The position numbers and the translations under genes are program-made. From contig CP000068.1 of assembly GCA_000002445.1 (NCBI GenBank), forward strand, positions 1,088,001-1,152,000: a DNA stretch of 64,000 nucleotides. Direction: 5' to 3'. Below, one piece after another: positions 32,372 to 43,600 of the stretch. How positions within the stretch are numbered: the first letter of the stretch is position 1; every line of letters starts with the position of its first letter. The DNA is from Trypanosoma brucei. Taxonomy: Eukaryota. The notes under the pieces were generated by a model. That model searched no databases. It saw only the letters and a list, made by a program, of their open reading frames with translations, and was not told where the DNA came from.

Positions 32372-33624
32372 CACGGGTACCGTCAACTTTTATGAGACTT
32401 GGGAGGAATACCTGGGGTGGGAAACGAGAAGTAGCCTCCTCTTCCCCAAATTCTTTTTGTTTCATCTTAAACGTTTGCCAACGTGAGGAAATTTCTGTCA
32501 CTCAAGCTAGCTTGGCGAGGCGGTTCTTGATTACTGTTGTTTGTGCCAGTACCGCGAGGTGTAGTTAGGTTAACGTGCAGGTAAGGGCCCCTGCATGTTA
32601 TTCCTAGCTTTTATTTTTGTGCTTATTTCATGGAGGTAGCGCGTGTCTTCATACATTGGTTTATGTGAATGTTCTTTGTAAATTCATTTCCCTTTACCGC
32701 CCTATTTATTCCTTTACCAATTTTGAGGATTAACCTACGACACGCGTGTTTGTTGATCATTCACTCTTTTTATTTGGCCTTTTCTTCTATCAGTTTTACT
32801 GTTAGGTACTGCGTACACTCGATGTTTTTGTGTATGTGTGTGTGAAGCGAGTAGGCGTCATGACGGGTTGAGCGGGAAGATCAAATTTGAAACTTTCCGT
32901 TGCTTTCCCATTTTGTCCAATTTCTTCGTGTTATTGCTCAACACACCAACTTGCTATTTCTTTGACTTGTCTTTTATCGCTTCGTGTTGCTTCTCGTGTA
33001 GTCTTAGATTGGGTTTAAGGCGGCAGAGTAGGTCCGAAGTTATGATTGCCGGCGGTGGTGAGTTTGTAGTGAGTGCATCTCCATGGTCCCCTCGCTAAAG
33101 AGCTGCATTTCGCCGAGAGTGAACAAAAAAAAACCAGTGTTTTCGCTCGTATAGAGCAGCTCCAGATTAAGTGAAGTGCGCGCCGTTATGGGTTCATTTG
33201 GGTAGGTTTTTCTGTTTTGAAGTTGATTCACCGACGCTGAATGAAAAGAATGCGCTTTCGCGTACCAAAGTGTTTCACGTTGACTTAAGCCCGGTGAACG
33301 TACGAAACTCGTCCTCCTTGGCTCGTTGACTTACTCTTCCTTTTTGTTTAAGCTGTAGTTTGACTGTTTTTTTTGTTTGCATTATATTTAACGTCAAAAA
33401 TTTTGTTTGTGCAATTGCTTGTTATTTGCTTTTTGTCCCTTTGTGAGTTGCATTGTTTTTTTTTTTTTGGTTTGAGTCGCGTTTTTCTCATTATTTCCAC
33501 AACACGAACTATTATCATTTGTTGCACTGGCTGTCAAAAGTGACCTACAGAGTAATAGTAGGAGACTAAATCAGAAGCACCCGTAGAGGAAGATAGCGTG
33601 TGTTGAAAAGTGAGCGCGGATCGT

Positions 33625-34182
33625 ATGGCAGAGGTGCATGTATGTAGGCATGGCCAGGACGAAGATAACCGCGATGGTTTATTAAATGGACGCCGTGACC
33701 GGCCTCTAACTGCTTTAGGCCGTGAGCAGGCCAGTGAAGTGGCTTTGAGACTCAAAAATGGTGGCGTCTCATATGACGTAATTTTGGCATCCCCCCTCCA
33801 ACGGGCTTACGAGACCGCGTGCGCCATTGGTAGAGCCCTCGATTTGGTTGTGGAGACGGACGAGGAACTTACTGAGCGAGACTTTGGTATTTTGGCCGGC
33901 AAACCGGTGGCTGATATCCGAAAGTACGCCGGAGAGAACGTTCTCCAAGGTGACAAAGTGTTGTATTTTCTTGAGGTGGAGGGTGCGGAGACATTTGATG
34001 AGTGCTTTAACCGGGCTGCACGCTTGTTGAAACGCGTGGATGAACGGTTCAGCGGGAAACGCGTCCTTTTGGTGTGCCACGGTGACATCGGGAAAATGGT
34101 GCAGGCGGTGCGGAAGAACATAACATGGCGAGATGCTCTTCTGCTTCCATACATGTCAAACACTGACATTGTGGAACTGTGA
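33625..34182 (+). CDS. Histidine phosphatase of the phosphoglycerate-mutase family.
   Basis: The track starts at 33610 on GTG; the first ATG is at 33625. The N-terminal 'VHVCRHGQDEDN' carries the RHG catalytic motif. 'LTALGREQA', 'ILASPLQRAYETA', 'ERDFG' and 'LLVCHGDI' (the second catalytic His) match the PGAM/His-phosphatase branch 1 signature. Confidence 0.6.
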   Translation: MAEVHVCRHGQDEDNRDGLLNGRRDRPLTALGREQASEVALRLKNGGVSYDVILASPLQRAYETACAIGRALDLVVETDEELTERDFGILAGKPVADIRKYAGENVLQGDKVLYFLEVEGAETFDECFNRAARLLKRVDERFSGKRVLLVCHGDIGKMVQAVRKNITWRDALLLPYMSNTDIVEL

Positions 34183-34743
34183 TGAGGGCCGCAGGCATCA
34201 GGAATACGAGTTGTGGGAAAGCGTTGCGGATTGGGGAAGAGTCAAGGGTAGCCCGTATTCTGATGTTCGTAAGTATACGGGTAGTCGCTGTATGACTACA
34301 CAATGACGTTAGTTGAAAGCTACTTGAGGTGAACGGTACGCCTGGAGTATTTTTGCTCATCCGGGTTCGTTTATATCCCAATGAAAAACTATACAACACT
34401 CAACGATGGGCCAAACAACGGCTGATATGGGAGGGCGACGTACCATTATCATTGTCGTCATTTTCCCCCCTCCTGACTGCTTCCGTTATATTTACACTGT
34501 GGCGATGCAGTGTTTTTTTTCCCTCGTTTGTTGTGTCACCGTTGGAAAAAGAAGCCCAGTTTATCGTTCTCAACATAATTTCAGCACGCGTATCAGGGCT
34601 TCACTAGGAAGCTGGGGTTGGATGGGAGTGGAGATGCGTGACAGTGTGTTGCCTCAATATTTCTTGATGCTCGGAATCTACGTCAAAACTTACTATCTCT
34701 CAGCCTTGTTACTGCCGCAAAATAAATAAATAAAGTGGTAGCT

Positions 34744-36570
34744 ATGCCACCGAACCGTTGGGGTCGGCCACCGTCCCTCAGCCCCACTGAGGCTCACAAG
34801 GGGGAACTCATCCGCTACATAAAAAATGAAATTCACGACAATAACCATCTCGGCCTCCTTGGTGAAGAGTTGGACAATATGGCGAACATGTTGGCAACGT
34901 GTGGTTCGAAGCGTGAAGTATATGAGTGGTGCCAGACCCTCATGGTCGGAGAGGCGATGGCTGCCGAGGTCATAAAAAGGCGTACCAACCATGGGCCACG
35001 ATTCGAAGGTGAACCCACAGAGCAGAAAAACGCACCTGCATCTGCACCTGCCGTGAGCCGTATGCTAAATTTATCAAGAAATAAGGGTACGAAGAAAAAA
35101 GGTACTCCTGCTGCTAAAGGAGGCAACAGCAAAGCCACAGCTGCTTCCACGCTCAAGCCAGGGTTTTCCGAATGTGGTTGCTTTGCCACGGAACACAACT
35201 TACGTGGAAACTGTGCGAACTGTGGGCGCATCATATGTGAGCAAGAATCAGACGAAGCATGTTATAATTGTGGGTTATCACCATCAACGTGTGTTGCGTA
35301 TGAGATTAAAGTCCAAGAGGGCCGTTTAACCGAGGCGGCACAGGAAAGGGACCGGGCAACGTATGAGGCAGCTGTGTCCAGGCGTGATGAACTACTGAAG
35401 TATGCGGAAACTCGTGCCAAGCGCACTAAGGTTATTGACGATCAAACAGCTGTATTCTTTGCGCCAAAGAATGCGTGGATGACCGTCAAGGAGCGGGAAA
35501 AGGCCGAAAAGGATGAAGCACTCGCGGAGCGACAACGGAAGGTAGCAGCGATGCACCGCCACACCGGGGCGTATTCTGTGCACTTGGATATCATGAATCA
35601 GAACGTGTCGCTTGGGTGCCCGGCGCCGCCCGGGCCCGGTCAGTGTCTGAAATCGTCTTCTTCATCTACTTGTAGCTCGCAACTTTCCGACCCAAATTTT
35701 GACGAGTGTAACATTGAGGAAGTGGAAGAGGCACGTGCATTGCCTCTTCCAACGCTTATGCAAAAGATATGGTACAGTTTAGACGGCTCGACGGGGACTA
35801 CTTGCTTTGCTAATGCTAACGGTGCCACTGGTGTGCAAGATAGTAAACCGGAGGTTCATACCACTCATGAAGTTTCACGTCGTGTGCAACAGGACTACTA
35901 TGAGGACGACGCACAATTCTACCGTGATCTGCATCGTTTCCAACAAGAAGAATATGCCAGAACCCAGTCTGTTTGTGTGGTAGAAACTGATGACATTATC
36001 TGTGACGATACTGATGAAGCGGGGCAACAGTCTAAAGATAATTTTGTGTCGGGCGTCACGGAACCTACCGAAGCAACTTCGGAAGGTATTGTTCTTTCTG
36101 CATTAGTTCCAACACCTGTCATGCGCATGAATGACAATGGCACTTGTCTCTCCCTACACCAACCGTGGGCCGGGCTCCTTGTCGCTGGCATAAAGGTGCA
36201 TGAGGGCCGTGTGTGGAGCACAGACTATCGCGGCCGACTTTGGATTCACGCAGCCTCCTCACAGCCACACGACATCAGAGAAGTGGAGGAGAAATATGCT
36301 AAATTTATGGAACCCAATCAAAAGTTTCCCGAACATTACCCGACACGTGTATTACTGGGTTACGTGTTTCTCATGGACTGCATGGATCGGGAAAGGTATG
36401 AGGAGAATTATACGCCTGAACAACGACAAGAGGAGTCCCCCTTTTCATTTATATGTGCTGTCGGTAAAACACTTCCTTTCCCACTTCCGATGAGTGGTAA
36501 TCACAAGTTGTTTCGTTTAGACCGTAAATTGCATATAGCTGCCAGGAAGCAACTTATGGAGGTGAACTAA
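34744..36570 (+). CDS. Activating signal cointegrator 1 (ASC-1/TRIP4)-like protein: zf-C2HC5 zinc finger plus a C-terminal ASCH domain.
   Basis: The track starts at 34735 on GTG; the first ATG is at 34744. The zinc finger 'SECGCFATEHNLRGNCANCGRIICEQESDEACYNCGLSPSTC' matches the C2HC5 pattern. The C-terminal 'LSLHQPWAGLLVAGIKVHEGRVWSTDYRGRLWIHAAS...RVLLGYVFLMDC' matches the ASCH beta-barrel. Confidence 0.65.
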   Translation: MPPNRWGRPPSLSPTEAHKGELIRYIKNEIHDNNHLGLLGEELDNMANMLATCGSKREVYEWCQTLMVGEAMAAEVIKRRTNHGPRFEGEPTEQKNAPASAPAVSRMLNLSRNKGTKKKGTPAAKGGNSKATAASTLKPGFSECGCFATEHNLRGNCANCGRIICEQESDEACYNCGLSPSTCVAYEIKVQEGRLTEAAQERDRATYEAAVSRRDELLKYAETRAKRTKVIDDQTAVFFAPKNAWMTVKEREKAEKDEALAERQRKVAAMHRHTGAYSVHLDIMNQNVSLGCPAPPGPGQCLKSSSSSTCSSQLSDPNFDECNIEEVEEARALPLPTLMQKIWYSLDGSTGTTCFANANGATGVQDSKPEVHTTHEVSRRVQQDYYEDDAQFYRDLHRFQQEEYARTQSVCVVETDDIICDDTDEAGQQSKDNFVSGVTEPTEATSEGIVLSALVPTPVMRMNDNGTCLSLHQPWAGLLVAGIKVHEGRVWSTDYRGRLWIHAASSQPHDIREVEEKYAKFMEPNQKFPEHYPTRVLLGYVFLMDCMDRERYEENYTPEQRQEESPFSFICAVGKTLPFPLPMSGNHKLFRLDRKLHIAARKQLMEVN

Positions 36571-37192
36571 ACATCTGCATTTTCTGGTCTAGGAACGAAC
36601 GAAAAGCTCTCTTTCGGTAACCGCTGTTGTGTTGGAGGAAGTACGAGGAAGATGACTGAGTGGATTCCCCTTGAGATTTGCCCCTCCTCGCTTACCTATT
36701 TCACATCCTTATTGGTTCGCTTATTCCTGGTTGTGGGCTTCAGCACTGAGGATTAGCGAGGGAGGGTTTTGTTTGGCTACTTTTCAAATTTTGGTCCGCG
36801 TACCCCTAACCCGCCATACTTGTTAATTCTGTGCTTACACTCACATCTGGTGTCTTCCATCTGTCGTACCCCTCAGTTTCTTCTTTACCCTGTGTCCTCT
36901 TTCTGCGTGTTCACGTTTACGTTCATACACGCACACGCCTGGTTTGTGAAAGGTTTCTCTCCGCTACGGCTTGTGCGCTCACTTGTGTTTTCTGCCTCAT
37001 TAACCATTTGTGCTGTCACTGTCGTGACGTGGAGCGAGTGACGACAATTGCTGTGGTACTTTGAATTATTATTATTATTATCACTCGCTTGAGTCGGTCA
37101 GAAGTGAGGAAGTAGGAAAGAAGAGGTCAAGTTGAGGGGTTACTTACCCAAAGGCTGTGTAAGGAAACCGAGCGGCTTTTGTATCTCTCAAC

Positions 37193-40039
37193 ATGCCTAA
37201 ACGTGAAAGGGAAGACAGTAAGGACAGCTGCAGCGGTGATACTAGTTGCTCAACCGATAGCAGCACGAGTGACTCGAGCTCTTCATGTTCGATTTTCTCT
37301 TCTTCTAGCGGCAGTGCGAAAAGAAGAAGCAAAAAGGCGTCTTTTGAAGTCCATAAGATCGACAACGGCAACAGCGGCGACACCACTAGTAAAAGCAACA
37401 CATCTCCTAGACCAAATGATGGTGCGGTCAAGTTGGATGTTAGTGCAGTGCTGCGTGCGGAGCTGCAACCCAAACTTACTGAAACGCTGGGGGATCATGC
37501 GTTAGAGCCCGTATATGGTATCAAAGATGAAAATAATGGTAACAGTGGCCGTGCTGTATACGAGGACGGTGGTGGCATGCAACATGAAGGATACGGTAAT
37601 ATATCAAGCGATAATGACTCTCTTGATGACAGGTTCGGAACATCCGCATCCACTTCGAGTACCGACGCTGATGACGAAGCCGTTGAAGACTTCCGGGAGA
37701 GACTTTTGGCGCACGCGCAGGTGACCAGTGCGGCCAAAAAAGAGCACAGCACATCAATTGAAAGTGAAGGTCTGCTAGGTAGCGGACTAAATCCCGCCCG
37801 AGCACTGGAGCACTTGCGAAAGGCATTGCTCAAGCCAGTTTCTTCCACGGCACTCGCAGTTGTAAGCGCCACTGATGAATCCCATGACCTCATGGATGCC
37901 GTGGTTTCAGCGAAACTCCCACCTCCACCTGCCGATGACGTAAAACGGTTGAGGAAACTTCATTATGTGGACCATAGCACTATTGAATATCCACCAATAC
38001 AGAAAGAGTTTTACGTTTCTCCACCTGATGTCAGGGGCCTCGACGCAGGGGAGCTAAAAGAGTTGCTGAAAGAACTTGACGGTGCCAAGGTACGTGGTCG
38101 TGATCCACCACGACCGATGCGTAGTTGGACGGGATCCGGTCTTGCGGACTCTGTACTTGAGGCGCTCGCGGAAGGGGGATTTCAGCAACCATTTGCCGTG
38201 CAATCGTTAGGTGCTCCTGTTCTTATGAGTGGCCGTGACCTGCTTGTTGTCGCCAAAACGGGATCCGGAAAAACGCTGTCGTATCTGCTCCCACTCATCC
38301 GGCATTGCATGGGTCAGAGAGCATGTAAAAAGGGAGAGGGCCCAATCACCCTTGTTTTGGTTCCTACGCACGAACTTGGTTGCCAGATTGTGAGGGTTGC
38401 GGAGAAGCTCTGCTCTGCAGCTCACCTACGACTCGTTGCTTCGTACGGATTGGTTCCCCTTTCTGATAACATAAAGCAGTGTCGTGCGGGTTGCGAGGTG
38501 ATGGTCTCAACACCGGGTCGTCTACTCGATCTTCTTACAGTTGGTGGCGGGGGTGTGCTTTCCCTCAGGTTTGTTTCTTTCGTTGTTGTGGATGAGGCTG
38601 ATCGCATGTTTGATAGTGGTTTTGCAGAGCATGTGGAAGCTTTTTTGAAGAATATCCGTCCGGACCGTCAACTGGCGATGTTTAGCGCCACCATGCCGAA
38701 AGAACTGAAAAAGGTAATTTGTCGCCATTTGCATGACCCAATAGAAATTACGGTGGGTGGAAAACCAACGCCGGCTTCTAATGTGGAGCAGCGTTTCTTT
38801 TTCTTCGACGAAGAGCTTTACGATGTGGACGTGGAAAGCCGCAGTGAAGACAAAAAGTTTTTGAAGCTTTTGCAAATTCTTGGTGAGGAGGGTGGAAACG
38901 GAGAACATCTTATTCTTATATTTACACAGCAGAAAAAGGAATGTGATGAACTATTCGCGCGACTCTCCGCCTGTGGTTACAACAAGCGCATTGCCGTATT
39001 ATACAGTGGCATGGATCCCATCGATCGTGAGTTTGCTCTCGAGTACTTTTCTCCTGGTAATCAGTTCATTCTGATAGCAACGGGTGTAGCTGAGCGTGGA
39101 CTGGACATACCTTACCTTGAACTAGTCATTAACTACACCCTTCCAGACCATTATGAGGCTTATGTTCACCGGATCGGTCGCACAGGTAGAGCAGGGAGGA
39201 AAGGTAAGGCTGTCAGTTTCTTCACACGAGGAAAAGATGATGAACTGGCGGCTGACCTCTGTGAAGGTCTTGAGCGGGCAGAACAACAGGTATCGGAAGA
39301 ACTCTACGAGCGGGCTACAAAGGTGCGTGAGTTACGCAAGGGTGGAACTGCACGACACAATGCTCTCTTTCACCGTGGTTATATGCGGGCGAAAAAGCAG
39401 CGGTTCACCAACCGTGACCAAAAGGAGCAGTTCAAAACGGCACTGCGTGCGGCAGGATTGGAGGACGATATGCCAACGGGGTCGGATTCGGACTCCGGTT
39501 TCAGTAGTGGTGATGATAGCGATGTGGGTGTTAAGATTAAGGCTGTCGAAGAGGACAACGCTGACGACAGTTGCGACGCCGAACTTTCCAGTGCACTGAC
39601 CATCCATAAAGGTGATGGTGCGCTCACCGTCAGCTCCGCTCAACTGCAAAAGCAGAAAGAGTCGTTGGAGGCGGCGTTGGCGTACGCCAGAAAGACAACG
39701 GAGATGGCCGTTAATCCAGCATCGAGGAACGTGCGCTTTGAGGCAGAATATCCTATCAATGACCTGCCAAATGTTGTGCGTTTGCGACTGCAGAACTCGG
39801 CAGTGCTGCGGTCGGTGGCGGAAGAAAGCAATTCAACAATAGTCCGTAAAGGTGTGTTCTATGATAAAAGTTTAAAGCACTCGCATCGCCTACGCGACGG
39901 TGTTCGGCCACTTTATCTTTTGATTATAGGCAAAACTGCTGAATCTGTGCGGGACACAGTGAAGAAGCTTAATAGCGTCAAGGAAGAGGCTCAAAGTCGT
40001 CTTCAGCAAAAAGTGTCGTCGGTTGGGGCACAGCTTTAG
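37193..40039 (+). CDS. ATP-dependent DEAD-box RNA helicase, DDX46/Prp5-like.
   Basis: The ORF has a true ATG. Motifs present are Q ('PMRSWTGSGL...GFQQPFAVQ'), I ('AKTGSGKT'), Ia ('LVPTHEL'), II ('VVDEADRM'), III ('SAT'), V ('ATGVAERGLDIP') and VI ('HRIGRTGRAGRKG'). 'DKKFLKLLQILG' and 'DHYEAYVHRIGRTGRAGRKGKAVSF' parallel DDX46. It has an acidic/Ser-rich N-terminal extension and a ~300-aa C-terminal extension. Confidence 0.8.
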   Translation: MPKREREDSKDSCSGDTSCSTDSSTSDSSSSCSIFSSSSGSAKRRSKKASFEVHKIDNGNSGDTTSKSNTSPRPNDGAVKLDVSAVLRAELQPKLTETLGDHALEPVYGIKDENNGNSGRAVYEDGGGMQHEGYGNISSDNDSLDDRFGTSASTSSTDADDEAVEDFRERLLAHAQVTSAAKKEHSTSIESEGLLGSGLNPARALEHLRKALLKPVSSTALAVVSATDESHDLMDAVVSAKLPPPPADDVKRLRKLHYVDHSTIEYPPIQKEFYVSPPDVRGLDAGELKELLKELDGAKVRGRDPPRPMRSWTGSGLADSVLEALAEGGFQQPFAVQSLGAPVLMSGRDLLVVAKTGSGKTLSYLLPLIRHCMGQRACKKGEGPITLVLVPTHELGCQIVRVAEKLCSAAHLRLVASYGLVPLSDNIKQCRAGCEVMVSTPGRLLDLLTVGGGGVLSLRFVSFVVVDEADRMFDSGFAEHVEAFLKNIRPDRQLAMFSATMPKELKKVICRHLHDPIEITVGGKPTPASNVEQRFFFFDEELYDVDVESRSEDKKFLKLLQILGEEGGNGEHLILIFTQQKKECDELFARLSACGYNKRIAVLYSGMDPIDREFALEYFSPGNQFILIATGVAERGLDIPYLELVINYTLPDHYEAYVHRIGRTGRAGRKGKAVSFFTRGKDDELAADLCEGLERAEQQVSEELYERATKVRELRKGGTARHNALFHRGYMRAKKQRFTNRDQKEQFKTALRAAGLEDDMPTGSDSDSGFSSGDDSDVGVKIKAVEEDNADDSCDAELSSALTIHKGDGALTVSSAQLQKQKESLEAALAYARKTTEMAVNPASRNVRFEAEYPINDLPNVVRLRLQNSAVLRSVAEESNSTIVRKGVFYDKSLKHSHRLRDGVRPLYLLIIGKTAESVRDTVKKLNSVKEEAQSRLQQKVSSVGAQL

Positions 40040-40665
40040 TTGTGACACTGCTACTGCACAACTGAAGGGATCACCATGGGTGGAGGGGGGGAAAGGGGAA
40101 ACGCTACAGGAGAAGATAATGTGGAACACTACGGCATGCTGTGCAACATGTTGTGGGGGAACACGCAACTTTTGGTGCAGTCTGTGCGGAATCGTCCATG
40201 AGTGTGCATTGGATTGAATCTCAATGAGCTTCGATCACACTCGGTTCTTATTCATTTACGAGCAGGCATGTGAAGACTGCCTCCGGCTGTTTTGGCACCT
40301 GCAGCATGTCTAACGGGAAACCAAATGATGACAATGGAGAACGGCTTGTGCATTTTTTTTTTTTTTGCTATTCATGCATGTGTGTCATCCTTATTGTTTG
40401 TCAGTGTAAGTGGTCTCCACCTTTCCCCTTTCTGACGCATGTCTTTTTTTTTTCTGTTTTCTTCCGTTGTGGCTTCGCGCGAAGCATACCTCCTCAACCA
40501 TAGTTGTTTGCAGCTCTCATAAAAGTCTCTCTGTGCATTTATATTAAGTGGTGCAACATAACTCGAAGCAAGTTTGTAAAGGTGTGGGGCAGGCATACGC
40601 AGGTTCACCATAATCGGGAATATAAAAGGCCCTGTATTCAATAATAAAAAGGGTTACGTGCCTAA

Positions 40666-43600
40666 ATGACGGATGCAACTAAGATGGCTGGCCAACTTCT
40701 GTTCCAGAACACGTTGGCAGAGGTAGTGCGTAAGTTGCGCTCCAGTAACGAGAGCGAAGCGGAGGTGATTGAGCAATGTATTGCCGACATCAAGAGTGAG
40801 GTCACTTCCACTGTTCAGAGCGTTAAGGTCACCGCAGTGTTGAAAGCCGTCTACTTTTCCATGCTCGGCTACAGTGCAACATATGCTGCTTTCAACATCA
40901 TTGAGGTTATGGCGGACAAGATGTTCGGATACAAACGTATCGGATATATGGCGGCATGTTTAACATTCACTCCGAAAACAGAGGTTCTCCCGTTGCTTAC
41001 AGCTCTGTTGAAACGCGATCTTTCCAGCACTAACCAGTACGAGGTGGGTTTTGCGCTTTACTGCATTTCCACTGTTTCCTCTCCGGACCTCGCTAGGGAC
41101 CTTGTAGTGGATGTGGTGAACTTATTGAGCCATCCGCGTAATTACGTTCGCAAAAAGGCGGTTCTTAGCCTCTACCGCATTTTTTTTGAGTACCCCGAAT
41201 CACTGAGACCAACCTACCCTCGGCTAAAGGAAAAGCTCGACAGTAGCAGTGAGCGGTGTGACAATGACCCGGCTGTGAGAGGTGCTCTGGTGTGCGTTTT
41301 GTGTGAACTGGCCAGACGTAATCCGGCCAGCTTCTTAGGTCTAGCGGTTCCTTTCTTTTCCATGTTGTCAACGATACAGAGCAATTGGACATTGATCAAG
41401 ATAATAAAGGTTTTTGGTTACTTCGCTCCTCTTGAGCCTCGGCTGGGGAAGAAGCTTGTGGATCCGATTATTCGTATTGTTCAGACAACAGGTGCAAAGT
41501 CTGTACGTTACGAGTGCATTCTTGCTGTGGCCAACGGAATGAGCAAAACACCCTCACTAACGAAGATAGTCGCAGAGGAGCTTAGAGTTTTTGTAGAGGA
41601 TAGCGATCAAAATTTGAAGTATTTGGGCCTTGACGCCATGTCTCGCATGGTTCGTGACAATGCAAAGCTGTTGGGCGGTCATCGTGATGTAGTTCTAGCA
41701 TGCCTTGATGACATTGACACAACTATCCGTCGTAAGGCCCTTGAGGTTCTGAGTGGCCTTGTGACAAAAAGAAACTTCGTGTCAACCATCAATAACATGA
41801 TGCATCGGTGTGTGCGGCTGCCTCCTGATGAGGAATGGTCTAACCGCGTATTAGCGACAGTAATCGAAGTTGCTCAAACTGACGATTATAGTTACGTGCA
41901 GGACTTTGAGTGGTACGTAAAGATCCTACTAGACATCAGCCTGGTGAACCTCTCCACCTACCAACACGGTGCCCTGGTACAGAAGGAACTTGTGACTGTA
42001 CTGACAAGAGTGAACGCGGTACGGCAGTTTGGTGTTAACGAGCTCTCTCAGCTACTGTCGAACACTAACTTACTTAAAAGTGATCCATCCCGTTCCTCGC
42101 AGTGGGAAGTGTTGAAGGCGGCGGCCTTTCTCTGTGGAGAGTATCCTTATTGGCTTCAAGACAAACGGCGCACATGCGAACTATTGTTGAGCGAGCGGAT
42201 TTCTTTACTAAAACCAGAAGTGCAAGTTGTTTGCGTCACTGCGGTGGGGAAGATTGTAGCATACATGCACAAGCCATGCCAGCGACACCTCGTTTTGGTG
42301 AATGGCGAGGAGGAGATACCATTACCAGAGGATTCCCTAACATTCGAGGAGTTGCGCGCTTCCATTCTCCAAACAGAAGCCATCACTGACAGCAACGGGA
42401 CGGCGAAGGTGGTTGGAGCCACCGGCTCCATCTCTAATCGGCACGATGTGGAAAGAAAAAATCTATTAGGCCTCCAGTTATTCCGTCACAGCGTCCATCC
42501 AGACGTTCAGGAGCGGGCAAGCATGATTTTGTATCAGCTCAATGTCGACCCCGATATTGGCCCTCTACTATATGAACAGGAACTCCTTCCGGTTGCCATC
42601 GGTGCACAGGAGGCCGTGGAGCCACCGGAAGGATTGAATCTTGATGAACCATTTTGCAGTCACTTACCAGCGGGGTTGTCTCCATCTGACAGCGAAGAAG
42701 ATGGAGCGGAAAATGATGAAGACCTTTACTATGTGGACGGCTATGATGCTATTGTTGCCCGCGAGCAGCGGCGGCGGGAAGAGGCCCGACGTGGCGAGGT
42801 TGCTCCGTTTTATATTAAAAATGATGCCTTATCACGGGATCAACTTTCAGAAGAGTTGCATTCCGCTGTCAGTGCTGCCCCGGCTCCAAAGACGTCAACG
42901 TCGTTTTACGTACCACAGAAATCTCAGGTAATCAATCGGTATCTGTCACGTCCCAAGAATTATGATGCTGCGGCTCATGGGCAGCGACGAATTCAGGATG
43001 AGGACGTGGATGAGGCAACGAAGAAGTTTCGAAACGTAGATGTCACACGGTCACTAGCACCAGATGAAAGATTGCCGGAGCCTATCCCGTATGGGAGGCT
43101 TCAACAAAGTGCTACCACCGAGGGTACTGCGGCGGCAGCGGCTGCTGCAGCTGCTTTGGATTTCATGGTTGACGAATCGTTTGATCCCCTCGTACTTTTG
43201 GAGGAAAAATACCTGCGCGTGACCGCATTTGTTCTTTCCTGTCGCGTGCGGAAGGCGGGCACCCAAATTACGATGGCCGTAGAGATATCAAACCTTGCAA
43301 GCAGCAGCAGCATGCGCAACGTTTCGCTGCGTTTCCAACCTAATAATGACAACTATACGACGGAGCGAGTGCGGCTGGAAGCAGACAAATCTCAAGAGGC
43401 CATCACAGGTGCTAATCGTCCAAAAACTGGTAGGGGTGACAATAAGAACGCTGTTGGTGAAGGTGGTGACGGTGACAAGGAAGTGGAGGAAAGTGACAGA
43501 AGCATATTCGTTTCAAAATGCATGAAGGGGACTACGACATTGCGGACGAAGATGCTTCTGACGTTCTCTGGATCACTTCCGCCTTCACTTACCGAACCCC

